Positions 10,347-22,301 are shown, counted from the first letter of the stretch. The stretch: 64,000 nt of DNA from an uncultured Methanomicrobiales archaeon (GCA_963758915.1 CAVWXH010000010.1:32001-96000); one strand, 5' to 3'. Made by a program: numbers and translations. Notes: a model not told the origin generated them from the sequence alone.

Positions 10347-11006
10347 ATGATAGCGCTATTCCAGCATGGGGCCGGTGAGTCGCCGGGATATATTCTTGAG
10401 CTTCTCAGTGAGGGTGAAACAAAGTATAACATATTCCATATTTATGAGACCTGTGAGGTGCCGGAAGGAATTAAAGCCACTCACCTGGTATTTCTGGGCG
10501 GGCAGATGAGTGTCAACGATGAGAAAGAATACCCCTGGCTTTTACAGGAAAAACAGCTAATCCGTGATGCAATCCTGTCCGGCACACCTATCCTCGGTAT
10601 CTGTCTCGGTGCCCAGCTTATTGCCTCCGCACTTGGGAAAAAAGTGTTCCCCTGCCAGGAAGAGAGGGGGTGGTATGAAATCCGGAAAAACATACCGTCC
10701 GGGCTTGCGAAGCCCGGGAACAACCTGACCGTGTTTCAGTGGCACGGTGAGAGTTTCGAGCTCCCGGGCGGGGCCGTATTGGAATACCAGGGGGACGGTG
10801 TCCAAAATCAGATGTTCACCATTGGCTCCGCAACAGGTGTGCAGTTCCATCCGGAAGTCACCGAAGGCATTATCCGTGACTGGTTACTTGCTGCGGGGCG
10901 GGAAGAACGAGATGAAATCATGTCGCAGACTTTCCGTAACATCAAGGGCAGTAACCGGATCTGCCGGTCAATTTTTAATGGTTTCCTTGCGGGGTCTGCC
11001 ATATGA
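10347..11006 (+). CDS. class I glutamine amidotransferase
   Basis: GICLGAQ nucleophile elbow, QFHPE. Confidence 0.9.
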   Translation: MIALFQHGAGESPGYILELLSEGETKYNIFHIYETCEVPEGIKATHLVFLGGQMSVNDEKEYPWLLQEKQLIRDAILSGTPILGICLGAQLIASALGKKVFPCQEERGWYEIRKNIPSGLAKPGNNLTVFQWHGESFELPGGAVLEYQGDGVQNQMFTIGSATGVQFHPEVTEGIIRDWLLAAGREERDEIMSQTFRNIKGSNRICRSIFNGFLAGSAI

Positions 11007-11771
11007 ACGTGAAGGGTGTATTACTCGACCTTGACGGTGTGTTGTATACGGGTGAAGATACCGTACCAGGGGCACCCGAAGCAATCCGGTACCTGAAGGA
11101 ACAGGGGTATATCACCCGGTTCGTCTCGAACAGCACCAGGAAAACCCGGGCCTCAATTGAGTCCCGCCTTCAGGGATTTGGATTCGATATCGGGAAAGAT
11201 GAGATCTTCACACCGTCCGCTGCAGCAATTAACTCTATTACAGGCTCAGGTCTGAAACGGGTTCATCTCCTGACAACAATGGACCTCCATGCAGAATTTA
11301 AAGCCGCAGGACTGGTTCACCAGGATAACGGCGCAGACTGGGTTATTATTGGCGATGCCGGGGATAATTTCAACTACGAATCGATGAACAAGGCATTCCG
11401 GCTGGTACTGACAGGGGGCCGGAATAATTGCACTTGAGACAGACCGGTACTGGATGGGGAGTGACGGGCTGATGTTGTCTGCAGGACCGTTTGTGCGGGG
11501 GATTGAATATGCCACGGGAAAAACAGCAGCCCTGGTGGGTAAACCTTCACCGGGATTTTTCGGGATGGCTCTCCGGGACATGGGACTGACACCCGTGGAT
11601 GCAGTAATGATCGGGGATGACGTGGTGACCGATACCGGTGGCGCAATGAAAGCCGGAATGCAGGGTATTTTAGTCAAAACCGGGAAATTCAGCCCTGGCT
11701 CCCTTGCTATGGCCGACCCCGGACCCACGGCAATTATCGGTTCAATTGCGGAAATCGACACTATTCTATGA
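11003..11771 (+). CDS. HAD-IIA hydrolase, frameshifted near 11411-11418
   Basis: DLDGVLY in first frame; GKPS, GDD, KTGKF in second frame. Confidence 0.85.
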
Positions 11772-11848
11772 ACCCCGCTGCCGGTGTTTCATCACCGAAA
11801 GGGGGATTACCGGTAAAATAGGAGGTAACGGCGGGAGACCCTGATTGA

Positions 11849-12766
11849 TCATTCCAGGTGGATTATTTGGGGTCCCCGGTTGCCGGATATGGCGGTGACT
11901 ATTTCTGAATTATGTATCCTCCGGAGCGCACAATTACAGTAATCTTCAGAAATATCAATGCCAATAAAGCGCCTTCCGAGTTTCCAGGCGACGAGTGACG
12001 TCGTCCCGGCGCCATTAAACGGGTCGAGTATAATATCGTCCCGGTACGAGAAGAGTTTCATCAATCGTTTCGGTAGTTCCTCAGGGAACATTGCCGGATG
12101 ACCGTAGTCCTTCATCCGGATTTCGGGAGGAAATGACCATTTTCCTATCACCCACTCCTTAAACTCTGTATCGGTAATATCGATCCGTTCCCGGTCCCCT
12201 GATTTTTTATGGGTCTCCTTGTCAAACACCTCGATAAATTCCCACGTGTACTTCAGGTATGGCATCGAAGGGGACTTCCAGCTCCCCCACGCCGTGTATT
12301 TCGCGTTATAATTGTTCTTCTCCCACAATATCTCCGCCTTCCAGAGAAAACCCAGTGCCATGAGCTGGTTGGAAATCACGTGGTGTGTCGGGATGTAGTC
12401 TGAGAACAGCGGCTGGACGTTGACAGCGATCCGCCCACCTGGTTTCAGCACACGGTAACACTCGGTCCAGATCCCGTTGAGGGTTTCAAAATATTCATTC
12501 CATTCCCGGGTATCATCGCGTTCGTCCTGTGCATAGGCATGCCCGAAATTATAGGGTGGTGAGGTGATCACGATATCAATGCACCGGTCAGGCATGGAAC
12601 GTAATGCCTGGAGCGCATCACCGCAGATTATCCGGTTGACATATTTCCCGATCTCCGGGGGATCGGGGCACACAATCAGGTCTTTTCTGGATCCCGTACC
12701 CCTCCTGATCTTTGCTTTACCCGGTTTGTCCTGCACCTTGTCAGTTCTCCCGTTCAGGGGGGCCAT
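11849..12766 (-). CDS. site-specific DNA methyltransferase, beta class (N4-C/N6-A)
   Basis: TSPPY motif IV precedes HPAMFP and DPFNGAGT motif I. Confidence 0.92.
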   Translation of the reverse strand: MAPLNGRTDKVQDKPGKAKIRRGTGSRKDLIVCPDPPEIGKYVNRIICGDALQALRSMPDRCIDIVITSPPYNFGHAYAQDERDDTREWNEYFETLNGIWTECYRVLKPGGRIAVNVQPLFSDYIPTHHVISNQLMALGFLWKAEILWEKNNYNAKYTAWGSWKSPSMPYLKYTWEFIEVFDKETHKKSGDRERIDITDTEFKEWVIGKWSFPPEIRMKDYGHPAMFPEELPKRLMKLFSYRDDIILDPFNGAGTTSLVAWKLGRRFIGIDISEDYCNCALRRIHNSEIVTAISGNRGPQIIHLE

Positions 12767-12969
12767 TCACTGTATATAAACACTGATGGCGGTTAAATTC
12801 TCTCGTCCAAGCTTCCGCGGAGTAATTACTGGCAGACAGCTGGCCAGGGAAATGGCAACATCTCACCGGGACCGGGACCCCTGCCTCAATATACGTGATA
12901 AAACATCTGGATTAGCTCTTTGAAAAGCGTTTAATGGTTCGGTTACCATACACTCTACCTGACTTGACT

Positions 12970-13701
12970 ATGCTCGATATTGAAGACCTCCATGTGAGGG
13001 TAGGGGACCGTGAGGTCCTCCATGATGTCAACCTCCGGATTAAGGAGGGTGAGACCCACGTGCTCATGGGGCCGAATGGTTCCGGAAAGAGCACTTTACT
13101 CATGACAATAATGGGATTTGCAAACTACACGGTTACAAAGGGGAGGATTTCGTTCAAAGATAAGGATATCACCAACCTTCCAATCCACGAGCGGGCAAAA
13201 CTCGGCATCGGCATTATGTTCCAGAGACCCCCTACCATATCGGGCCTGAAACTTGGGAAACTTCTTGTCGCGACATCAGGCAATAAAACTGAAGAGGTCG
13301 CCGGGTACGCAAAAAATATGCACATGGACCGGTTCCTCGAGCGGGATATCAATAAGGGTTTTTCCGGTGGGGAGATCAAGCGGAGCGAGGTACTCCAGCT
13401 GATGGTGCAGAAACCGGACTTCGTCATGCTCGATGAACCCGAAAGCGGTGTAGACCTGGAAAATATATCCCTGATCGGGGCTGCTATCGGGAACCTGCTG
13501 GAGAAGGACGCTCACCTTATGAAGCGAAAAAAGAGCGGGCTTGTCATCACGCACACCGGGTATATCCTCGATTATCTTGACGCGGATAGAGGCCATGTCA
13601 TGTGTGACGGGGAGATCCGGTGTCACGGGAACCCGCGGGAAATCTTAAAAGATATCAAAGCACGTGGTTACAAGGAGTGTCTCGAATGCCGGCAGAACTA
13701 G
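12970..13701 (+). CDS. sufC: SufC-like Fe-S assembly ABC ATPase
   Basis: GPNGSGKS, FSGGEIKR, DEPESGVD; followed by a SufBD gene. Confidence 0.9.
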   Translation: MLDIEDLHVRVGDREVLHDVNLRIKEGETHVLMGPNGSGKSTLLMTIMGFANYTVTKGRISFKDKDITNLPIHERAKLGIGIMFQRPPTISGLKLGKLLVATSGNKTEEVAGYAKNMHMDRFLERDINKGFSGGEIKRSEVLQLMVQKPDFVMLDEPESGVDLENISLIGAAIGNLLEKDAHLMKRKKSGLVITHTGYILDYLDADRGHVMCDGEIRCHGNPREILKDIKARGYKECLECRQN

Positions 13702-14804
13702 GGAAGGACCTTGGTCTTTCAGCGGAAGACCGGGAACGCCTGGCCCAGTCCGGAATTGACCTCAACATGGGAAACCGGTGTGGCAGTTATATACAGATGA
13801 ACCAGGATGTTGTGCAGGAAAGTTGCAGCGAAAAGGGCATTGAAGTCCTGTCCGTAGGGAATGCACTGAAAAAGTACGACTGGATCAAGGACTACATGTG
13901 GAACCTGGTCCCGAAGGATAAAGATGAATTTACAAGGTATGTCGCCGAAGCCGCCGATCAGAAAGGTTATGTAATCATTGCGCACAAGGGCAGCAGCAAT
14001 ATACTGCCGGTACAGGCATGCCTCTATCTCGGCCGGGAAAAGATCCAGCACGTCCATAATATTGTCATTGCAGAGGAAGGCTCTGAATTACATATCGTAT
14101 CAGGCTGTGCAAGTGGCCAGCACGTGGGAAAAGGCGGGGCACATTATGGGATCAGCGAATTTTACGTGGGTAAAAACGCCAAGATCAGTTTTACCATGAT
14201 CCATACCTGGGGAGAAGACATCGATGTGTATCCCCGGAGCGCCGCAAAAATTGAGGAAAACGGCGTGTTCTTATCCAATTACGTCTGCATGAAACCCGTC
14301 CATAAAGTCCAGATGTACCCTACTGCCCACCTGGTCGGTGAGAATTCAGTCGCCAGGTTCAGCAGCGTCGTCATTGCAACACCAGGGTCACACCTCGACT
14401 TAGGCTCCCGCGCAATCCTTGGTGCGAAGGGAGCAAGTGCCGAGCTGGTCACCCGTGCGATTACCAAGGGAGGCACGATAATCTCCCGGGGGCACATTCT
14501 TGGGAAAACCGAGGGGACCAGGGGCCACCTCGAATGCAAAGGGCTGATCCTGAAAGACGGAGTAATCTATGCAATCCCTGAAATAGAGGGCAACGTTGTC
14601 GGGACTGAGCTCTCCCACGAGGCCGCGGTGGGAAAAATTGCAAGGGATGAGATTGAGTACCTGATGTCCAGGGGACTGGATGAGGATTCCGCGACTGCAA
14701 CGATCATCCGGGGTTTCCTCGATGTGAAGATCGCCGGACTGCCGGATGCACTCCAGGAACAGATAGATGCGGCCATTGATGTGGCTGAAAAGGCCGGGTT
14801 CTGA
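13686..14804 (+). CDS. SufB/SufD family Fe-S scaffold
   Basis: GHLECKG, ELSHEAAVGKI, YLMSRGL. Confidence 0.9.
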   Translation: MPAELGKDLGLSAEDRERLAQSGIDLNMGNRCGSYIQMNQDVVQESCSEKGIEVLSVGNALKKYDWIKDYMWNLVPKDKDEFTRYVAEAADQKGYVIIAHKGSSNILPVQACLYLGREKIQHVHNIVIAEEGSELHIVSGCASGQHVGKGGAHYGISEFYVGKNAKISFTMIHTWGEDIDVYPRSAAKIEENGVFLSNYVCMKPVHKVQMYPTAHLVGENSVARFSSVVIATPGSHLDLGSRAILGAKGASAELVTRAITKGGTIISRGHILGKTEGTRGHLECKGLILKDGVIYAIPEIEGNVVGTELSHEAAVGKIARDEIEYLMSRGLDEDSATATIIRGFLDVKIAGLPDALQEQIDAAIDVAEKAGF

Positions 14805-14838
14805 GTCCTGACGGGATAGTGGTGGCAGGGTCAGAACG

Positions 14839-15489
14839 ATGCCGGTGGATTCGCGGACAGAAGAACGACTGCGAATGGTCAGGGACCAGGTCGAGGCCCG
14901 GGGTGTTGATGACAGGAGGGTGCTCGATGCGATGCGGGAAATACCCCGGCATCTTTTCATTCCCGATGAGTACCGGGATGCTGCATACCATGACCGTCCC
15001 CTCCCTATCGGTAGCGGACAGACGATATCCCAGCCCTATATTGTCGGGCTGATGACCTCTCTTCTCGAATTAAAACAAAGCGACAAGGTGCTTGAAATCG
15101 GGGCCGGGAGCGGCTACCAGGCAGCTCTCCTCTCAAAGCTTGCCCGGACTGTGGTAACCGTCGAGCGGCTACCGGAAATCGCGGCGAAAGCAAAAGAGGT
15201 CATGCAGCACCTTGGGATTATCAATGTAAAGGTCGTGGTGGAAGATGGCACCCTGGGTTACGCCCCGGATGCCCCGTATGACGGGATAATTATTACTGCT
15301 GCATCACCGGATATTCCGCCACCGCTTATCGGACAACTGGCAGATAAGGGGAGGCTGGTCGCACCCGTCGGTTCACGTGACATTCAGCAGCTTGTCCGGA
15401 TTAGGAAGCAGGGTGACCGGATCAGCCGTGAAACGTTTGGTGGCGTGGTGTTTGTACCCCTCTTAGGTCACCATGGCTGGCAGGAATGA
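14839..15489 (+). CDS. pcm: protein-L-isoaspartate O-methyltransferase
   Basis: GQTISQP, VLEIGAGSGY, FVPL. Confidence 0.93.
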   Translation: MPVDSRTEERLRMVRDQVEARGVDDRRVLDAMREIPRHLFIPDEYRDAAYHDRPLPIGSGQTISQPYIVGLMTSLLELKQSDKVLEIGAGSGYQAALLSKLARTVVTVERLPEIAAKAKEVMQHLGIINVKVVVEDGTLGYAPDAPYDGIIITAASPDIPPPLIGQLADKGRLVAPVGSRDIQQLVRIRKQGDRISRETFGGVVFVPLLGHHGWQE

Positions 15490-16153
15490 GAGTATGAAAA
15501 CGTTCTACGATATAACCCATGCATTATCTGAAGATACCCCGGTATACCCCGGGGATATCGAACCCCGTTTTTCCCAGGAGGATTGTGGGCAATACCTGCT
15601 GACAGGGCTTCGGATGAGTACCCATTCGGGGACACATATCGATGCCCCGTCCCACTACCTGAAAAACAATGAAAGTATAGACCGGATACCGCTTGCTGCG
15701 CTTATTGGGCCTTGCAGGGTGATTGATCTCTCCGGTATACCAGGGGAGATAACGGCCGACGATTTAAAAGACAGGATAGAAGGCACCAGGAGAATTTTGT
15801 TAAAAACCGGGTGCAATTTTTACGGGCAGTTCGATCCTGACTATATCAGCCTGAGTGTATCAGCCGCAACAACGATCTCGGCGAGGGGAATCATCGCAGT
15901 TGGTATCGATTCCCCATCCATCGAGAAGTTTCATGGTACAGGGGAGGTACACCGTGAGCTCCTTGGAAAGGGTATCGTGGTGATTGAGTATCTCGATCTT
16001 TCAGCGGTCCCTGAAGGGGATTACCAGATGGTTGCCCTGCCACTCCGTCTCCGTGGACTGGATGGCTCCCCTGCAAGAGTGGTGCTCTACGATTCAGATT
16101 CCCCATCCATTGGAAAACCCGGTCGGGCTGGTCAGGAGGTGTTGCTGAGATGA
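15473..16153 (+). CDS. cyclase family (kynurenine formamidase-like) metal hydrolase
   Basis: HSGTHIDAPSH, GIDSPS, DGSPARV. Confidence 0.9.
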   Translation: MAGRNESMKTFYDITHALSEDTPVYPGDIEPRFSQEDCGQYLLTGLRMSTHSGTHIDAPSHYLKNNESIDRIPLAALIGPCRVIDLSGIPGEITADDLKDRIEGTRRILLKTGCNFYGQFDPDYISLSVSAATTISARGIIAVGIDSPSIEKFHGTGEVHRELLGKGIVVIEYLDLSAVPEGDYQMVALPLRLRGLDGSPARVVLYDSDSPSIGKPGRAGQEVLLR

Positions 16154-16755
16154 GTATGATTGAAGAATCGGTTATTCTCCTGGAAGAGCGTGTACAGGGT
16201 TCAGGCTGCGAAGACGGTGTAGTGAACCTCCGTGTCGACCCTGATTGTGTGAAATGCCCTTATGAACATGGTATTTGCATGGTCGCAACATACGGTGGAA
16301 AATCAGCGGAATTTGTCACCAGTGACCCGACACGGGCCACGACGAAACTATCGTTTATGTTTGGCGCAACGTTTGAAAATCCGCGGATAAGGGCCGCAGC
16401 CTGTGCGATAATTAATGCCCTGACCGGTTTTCTCTGTATCAACCGGATCAGCCATGCCTGTATTCCCGGATGCCACCAGACCTGCCTGGATGAGTTGAAA
16501 GGAAAGATTAATGGACGGAAGGTCTGTCTTATCGGCTCCTCCAGCCGGCTGGAAATGGAATTAAAGGCACTTCTGGTCGACAGGATCGAAGATGCAGAAT
16601 TGATCTTGGTTAACGGGGATGGCCTGGAATCTGATGAGGGTGCCAGGTTGTTGGACTCAGAATATCCTGGAAAAGAACTGCTTTTCACAGGCCCCTCAAC
16701 ATCCGGGGTTGCAATCCTTGAAAAAATTCCCCACTGGTGCCCGCATGGGAGATGA
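16150..16755 (+). CDS. hypothetical Cys-rich protein (possibly DUF364-like)
   Basis: 201-aa ORF coupled by ATGA overlap; RAAACAIINA, GPS motif. Confidence 0.65.
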   Translation: MSMIEESVILLEERVQGSGCEDGVVNLRVDPDCVKCPYEHGICMVATYGGKSAEFVTSDPTRATTKLSFMFGATFENPRIRAAACAIINALTGFLCINRISHACIPGCHQTCLDELKGKINGRKVCLIGSSSRLEMELKALLVDRIEDAELILVNGDGLESDEGARLLDSEYPGKELLFTGPSTSGVAILEKIPHWCPHGR

Positions 16756-16934
16756 TGAAAAAAATCCCTTATTTACCCCATGCGATATGATTCACATAAC
16801 GGGTATAAAATATTGAAATATCAGGCCCTTGTGTAACATAGTGCTATAATAAAGAGAAATATTACTATAATACATATATTTCAGAACAGGATCGTGTAAA
16901 AATATGACAGGATGTAGCATTTTTCAATATTCTC

Positions 16935-18125
16935 ATGATAGTAACTGGTAATATGAATCCTGATAGCAAACCTAAAAGATCATCCGTCGTAATTATCGGT
17001 CCTTCGCAGAGGTTTCTTTCCGGTATCAGCTATTTAACCCTCTGCTTTCGAATTCTCTGGCAGATTATTGTAGCGTCACAGCTGTACTATTTCGGAATAT
17101 GCTCCCCAAAAATTCTTTTCCGGGATATAAGAGGGTTGGAGCAGACACTGGCAGATTTTGGTTACAGGTGAGATATTCCGTGGTTGAGTTGCTTGACTGG
17201 TATAATCCCTTCACCTGGTTACGTAGGCCAGAGAAACATGGAAAAGGAGATGTTATTATTCTCCAGTGGTGGACCTCCAGCGTTGCTCATATGTATCTCG
17301 CAATTTCGCTGATGAATCTAAAGAAAAAACCGATAGTTATAGAATTTCACGAGATAGTTGATCCCCTGGAAAATGGTTTTTTTGCTCTTCGCCTCTATTC
17401 AAAAATATTGGGGTCGCTGATAAGACGTCTTGCAACGTTTTACATTGTGCACTCAGAGATTGATCGCCAGTTAATAAGTTCACATTATGATATCGATCCT
17501 GGAAAAGGTCAGGGTGATCCCGATTGGTATTTTTGATCAATATAAAAAAATCGATAAGGACCTGGCAAAAGACCAGCTCGGGATCAGGGAATCAAATGTT
17601 ATACTCTTCTTTGGGTTAATACGCCCATATAAAGGGGTTAAATTTCTGGTCAAAGCCTTCGAGAGTCTCCCCCCCGATTGCATCCATAATTCTCGACTTT
17701 TAATTGTGGGGGAGGCATGGGAAGATCAGGAATTAGGCAAAATCATTGCGAAATCCCCCGTTAAGTCCCATATCTCTCTTATTGACAGGTATGTAGGGGA
17801 CTCTGAAATTCCATCTTTTTTTTCTGCTTCCGATGCACTGGTAATGCCATACATAAGGGCTTCCCAGAGCGGAGTTGCCCATATTGGTATGGAATTTGGT
17901 ATTCCCATCATTGCAACACGGGTTGGCGGGCTTGAAGAAAGTCTTGGAAAATATGGGGGTACCAGTTTCATCAATCCGATGGACCCTGATGAACTCGCAA
18001 AGGTAATTGAACAAACATTATCAAACAAAAAACTATTCGAGCCACCGGGAGAACTGAGATGGGATGTTATTGCGGGACAATGGAACGATCTCATAAACAG
18101 ACTCCAAAGTAATAAAGAGGGATAA
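16935..18125 (+). CDS. glycosyltransferase family 4, split by several frameshifts
   Basis: Three overlapping frames give GPSQRFLSGI, QWWT, FHE, FGLIRPYKG, QSG, VGGLEE. Confidence 0.8.
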
Positions 18126-18143
18126 AACAAAAAAACCCTTAAA

Positions 18144-18331
18144 AGCTGTATTGAGATCCGAGGAAAAAGATCTGTGGAATGTCGATTGGATGTCCCAATT
18201 GAACCCTGCCAATGAATTTCTTATCGGGGGTGGGGAAACCCCCTCCTGTCTATGCATCTGCTCTTTTTTTTCAATATGAAGGGTTTCCCATGAAAACAGA
18301 CATGATGTCGAAGGGCCACAAGCACACAAAA
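18144..18331. repeat. rearranged partial copy 2 of the dispersed repeat
   Basis: 18186-18235 is identical to 22454-22503 (reverse orientation relative to copy 1); 18281-18331 matches 1690-1740 forward at 44/51. Confidence 0.8.
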
Positions 18332-18687
18332 ATCGGATTAAATGTTTTTAGACGACTTATCCTGCGTGATTAAAGATATGAATATGAATCATTATGGGAT
18401 CATGGGATAAACCAGTATAATGTTTCACTTCATAGTAGGGTTATGAATCCCGTTTTTCATCTGGTTTTTCGCCGTCGTCCGGTTTCTTAGCCTGGACGGA
18501 GATACCAATCAGCAACATCACTGATAAACAAGCAGAGCACCGTAACAAGGGATAAAGTCTCAATCCTGCTCTATCTCTTAAAAAAAACTCTGCAACTCTT
18601 AACCTGATAGTCCCGTTGGAAAATAACCGCCACAAAATCTTATCATATCTCCTATCTTATAATTATTCAGGTTTTCAATTTCAAAGG

Positions 18688-21288
18688 ATGATCTCAATGA
18701 TAATACAGGATCTATCGAAATACCGGAATTATATTCTAATTGCTCTTTTGGCAGTGTTAACCGGATTTGTGCTCTGGCTAAGACTTCTTCCACTGCTCCA
18801 GGCAGGAAATGTTGATATTCTATTCCTGGCAGGGAGTGACGATCCTCTGTATAATCTCCGGCAAATAGAACAGATGATCGAGGAATTTCCCCATATACGG
18901 GTGGTTTGATGCAATGACATTCTATCCTACCGGGCAGACCGTTCACTGGGGGCCACTGTTTATCATCATCAGTTCAGCATTTGTCAATGCTGGCCGGGGC
19001 TTCCACCCGCCCGGAAATCATCAAATTTTCGCTTATGGTCCCACCGATCATGGCAGCACTCATGGTGCCCCTGGTATTCCTTCTCGTCCGGAAAATTTCT
19101 GACTGGAAATGTGCTATTTTTGCGTCAGGTCTGATTGCAGTAATGGGTGGCCAGTATTTCTTCAGGTCGCTCTACGGATACCTGGATCACCATATCGCGG
19201 AGGTGCTGTTCGGGACCCTCTTCATTTTTGCCTATGTATATTGTATGTGGTGGGCGAAGGAGAACCCGGTTGACATATCGAAAAGAGAGACCCTGGTAAG
19301 GCCTGTTATTTTGGCTCTCCTCGCTGGTGTGGCGTATATTCTCGGGCTTTTTATTATGCCAACCATGATCCTTTTTGCGTTGATCATTGGTGTATTTACT
19401 GTAATCCAGTTCATATGGGATTTTTATCGCAAACAGTCCTCAGATTATCTCCTGGTCACAAATGCTGTAACATTTGGATTTGCCACCGTGGCATTTTTCA
19501 TCGTTGGGATTCAGACCGCAGGATTTCAACTTAATTACTATACCCTCGCCCACCCGTTATCGTATCTCCTCCTGGTTATTGGAACTGTTCTCCTTTACCT
19601 TCTTGCAAGATTCCTGAACGGAAAAAAAGTGTATTATTACCCCGCTGCAGTAATCGGGATCGGGATCATAGTAATTGCTGTTACAATTGCTGTTGCTCCT
19701 CTCGTATCCAACACGTTTATCAGTGCAATAACCGAATTTTTCGGTCAGAACTCGTTATATCTTACCATCCAGGAGGCAAGGTCATGGACCCTCACCGAAG
19801 CCTGGGAGACCTTCAATTATTCCCTAATCCTGATGGCAGGTGGCTTATTAGTCCTTATATACCGTTCATGGCGGGAGGAACGCCCCGATCAACATCTTAT
19901 ACTGATCTGGTCCGTGTTTATGCTGATCGCGGCCTGGCAGCATATCAGGTACGAATATTATCTTGCAGTCAATATTGCCATTCTCGGTGGAATCTGTATT
20001 GGCTATGTCTTCAGCCGTGGATGGAAAGATCTATGCACCATTGCCAAGACCGATGAAAAGTGATGAGCCGGGCAAATCCTTACCGCCAAAAGAAGCCTCC
20101 CAAAAGGGGAAAAAGGCTCCACAAAAAGGGAAAAGTACCCAAAACCGTCAAGGCTCCAATTACTTTAATATCGGCGCTATCGTCCTCGTGGTGCTCCTGT
20201 CATTATTATTTGTCTCGTCATCATTAGGGAGTGAGTATGCTGTTGCATCATCGGGCGCTCTAAGAATGAATCCCGACTGGAAGGAATCCCTCGAATGGAT
20301 GGGGGCACACACTCCCGATACAGGTGTTGACTATTATAAGGTTTACAATCGCGATACGTTCTCCTATCCCGCTCAGGCTTACGGTGTAATGTCATGGTGG
20401 GACTATGGACATATGATTACCTATATCGCAAAGCGAATCCCCAATGCAAACCCATTCCAGGCGGGTGTTGCAGGAGCTAACGGTTCAGCTGCCTTCTTCA
20501 TGTCCCAGTCTGAAACGGGAGCAAATACCATCCTGAAAAATGACGGTACGCGTTACGTTATCACCGATATCGAGATGGACACCGGGAAGTTCTGGGCGAT
20601 GGCGACATGGTATAATACAAGTGCCGGGGCCGGTCCCTACCAGCGACCCTACCTGGTCCCAAGTCCGGATAATCCGGGCCAGTATGGTGCAGTAACCCTC
20701 TATGATATCCCCTATTTCCAGACGATGGTATCGAAGCTCCATAACTTTGATGGTTCAATGACTGAACCAACAACGGCATATTACGTTGAATATACAGAAT
20801 CCGGGAGTTCAGGAAGACCGTACCCCGTCATAACAAGGGCGGAAAATATGGACTTCGCGAAGGCAAAAGCGAATGTTGACCTGTTTAACGGCAAGGCTCC
20901 TGCAGGTCAGCGTGCTGCAATTCTCAACGATATAATGTTGAAGCCGTTATCCTCAATTCCTGCACTTCAGCATTACCGGTTGGTACATGAGTCCCCCCGG
21001 AATGTGCTGAGCAGCAGTCCACCGGATGTAAAATATGTAAAAATCTTCGAATTTGTGTCCGGTGCAAAAATCAAGGGTGAAGGCATCATTGAAATTCCGC
21101 TGGTATCCAACACGGGAAGGGCGTTCGTATACCAGCAGGCCAGCACCAATGGTGAGTTTATAGTGCCATATTCAACAACCGGAAACCCGTACGATGTCAA
21201 GGCAACTGGTAAGTATCATATCATCGGGACTGACCGGCAGTTTGATGTGAGTGAGGACGCGGTCATGACGGGGGCGCAGATTAACTAA
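18688..21288 (+). CDS. aglB: oligosaccharyltransferase AglB (STT3 family), split by about 3 frameshifts
   Basis: DDPLYNLR, GYLDHHIAE, TIQEA, RYEYY, SWWDYGH, NPFQ across consecutive ORFs. Confidence 0.9.
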
Positions 21289-21289
21289 G

Positions 21290-22267
21290 ATGAAAAGGAA
21301 ATGTTCAGCCTTAACCGGAGAAATATTTGCCTGCCACGAGATAGAACTTACCAGCGAGTGTAATGCCCGTCTCACAATGGCGATCTCCGGTGTTCCCGAC
21401 TGGGTGGAGGTAATTGAACCGGGCCCTGCAACGGTGTCAGATCTCGAGCGGGTCCATAAACCCCATTATATCCGCATGATCCGTGAACTCTGCGCTCTTG
21501 GCGGGAAGCGTTACATCGACATGAGCACGTACCTTACTGCCGATACATTTCAGGTCGCCTCGGTCGCGGCCGGAGCAGTTATTGGTGCAGTTGAACGCAC
21601 CCTGAAGGGTGAACACTCCTTTGCGCTTGTCCGTCCCCCGGGTCACCATGCAGAGCCTGAATCTGCAATGGGCTTTTGTATTTTTAATAATGCTGCAGTT
21701 GCAGCCGCGTATGCACTTGAAACCGGTAAAAAAGTTGCCATCCTTGACTGGGACCTCCACCATGGGAACGGGACCCAGAAGATGTTTTACCCGAGTGAAC
21801 GGGTACTGTTTTGTTCCATTCACCAGGTAAACAGTTTCCCGAGGACCGGCTGGGTCGATGAAATAGGTACCGGGGATGGAAAGGGTTACACACTCAATGC
21901 ACCAATACGGGAAGGCTCAACCCTGTCTGATTATCTCTACGTATTCAACGGGATCTTTCTCCCTGCAATTGAAAAATTTTCCCCGGATGTTGTAATAATT
22001 TCTGCAGGGTTTGATGCACTTTCTGATGATCCAAAAGGTGGGATGAAATTAAGCCCGGAGGATTTCGGGGTCCTTACCCATATCACCGCCAATTCTGTAC
22101 AAGTGCCCCTTGCCCTTGTCCTTGAGGGGGGGTATGGCCCGTCCCTTGGCCCGGCAGTGCGTTCGGTATTCAATGCACTAGGTGGCGAATGCCCTGAATA
22201 TTCACCGGGGGAGGCAAGGGATAGTACGAAAAGGGTCGTCTCCCAACTGAAAAATTTAATTTCTTAA
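21290..22267 (+). CDS. histone deacetylase family protein
   Basis: RPPGHH, GFCIFNN, DLHHGNG, SAGFD, LEGGY. Confidence 0.93.
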   Translation: MKRKCSALTGEIFACHEIELTSECNARLTMAISGVPDWVEVIEPGPATVSDLERVHKPHYIRMIRELCALGGKRYIDMSTYLTADTFQVASVAAGAVIGAVERTLKGEHSFALVRPPGHHAEPESAMGFCIFNNAAVAAAYALETGKKVAILDWDLHHGNGTQKMFYPSERVLFCSIHQVNSFPRTGWVDEIGTGDGKGYTLNAPIREGSTLSDYLYVFNGIFLPAIEKFSPDVVIISAGFDALSDDPKGGMKLSPEDFGVLTHITANSVQVPLALVLEGGYGPSLGPAVRSVFNALGGECPEYSPGEARDSTKRVVSQLKNLIS

Positions 22268-22301
22268 GTCTATAATACCGTAATTTTTTGTTTCGTCTGC
22301 C

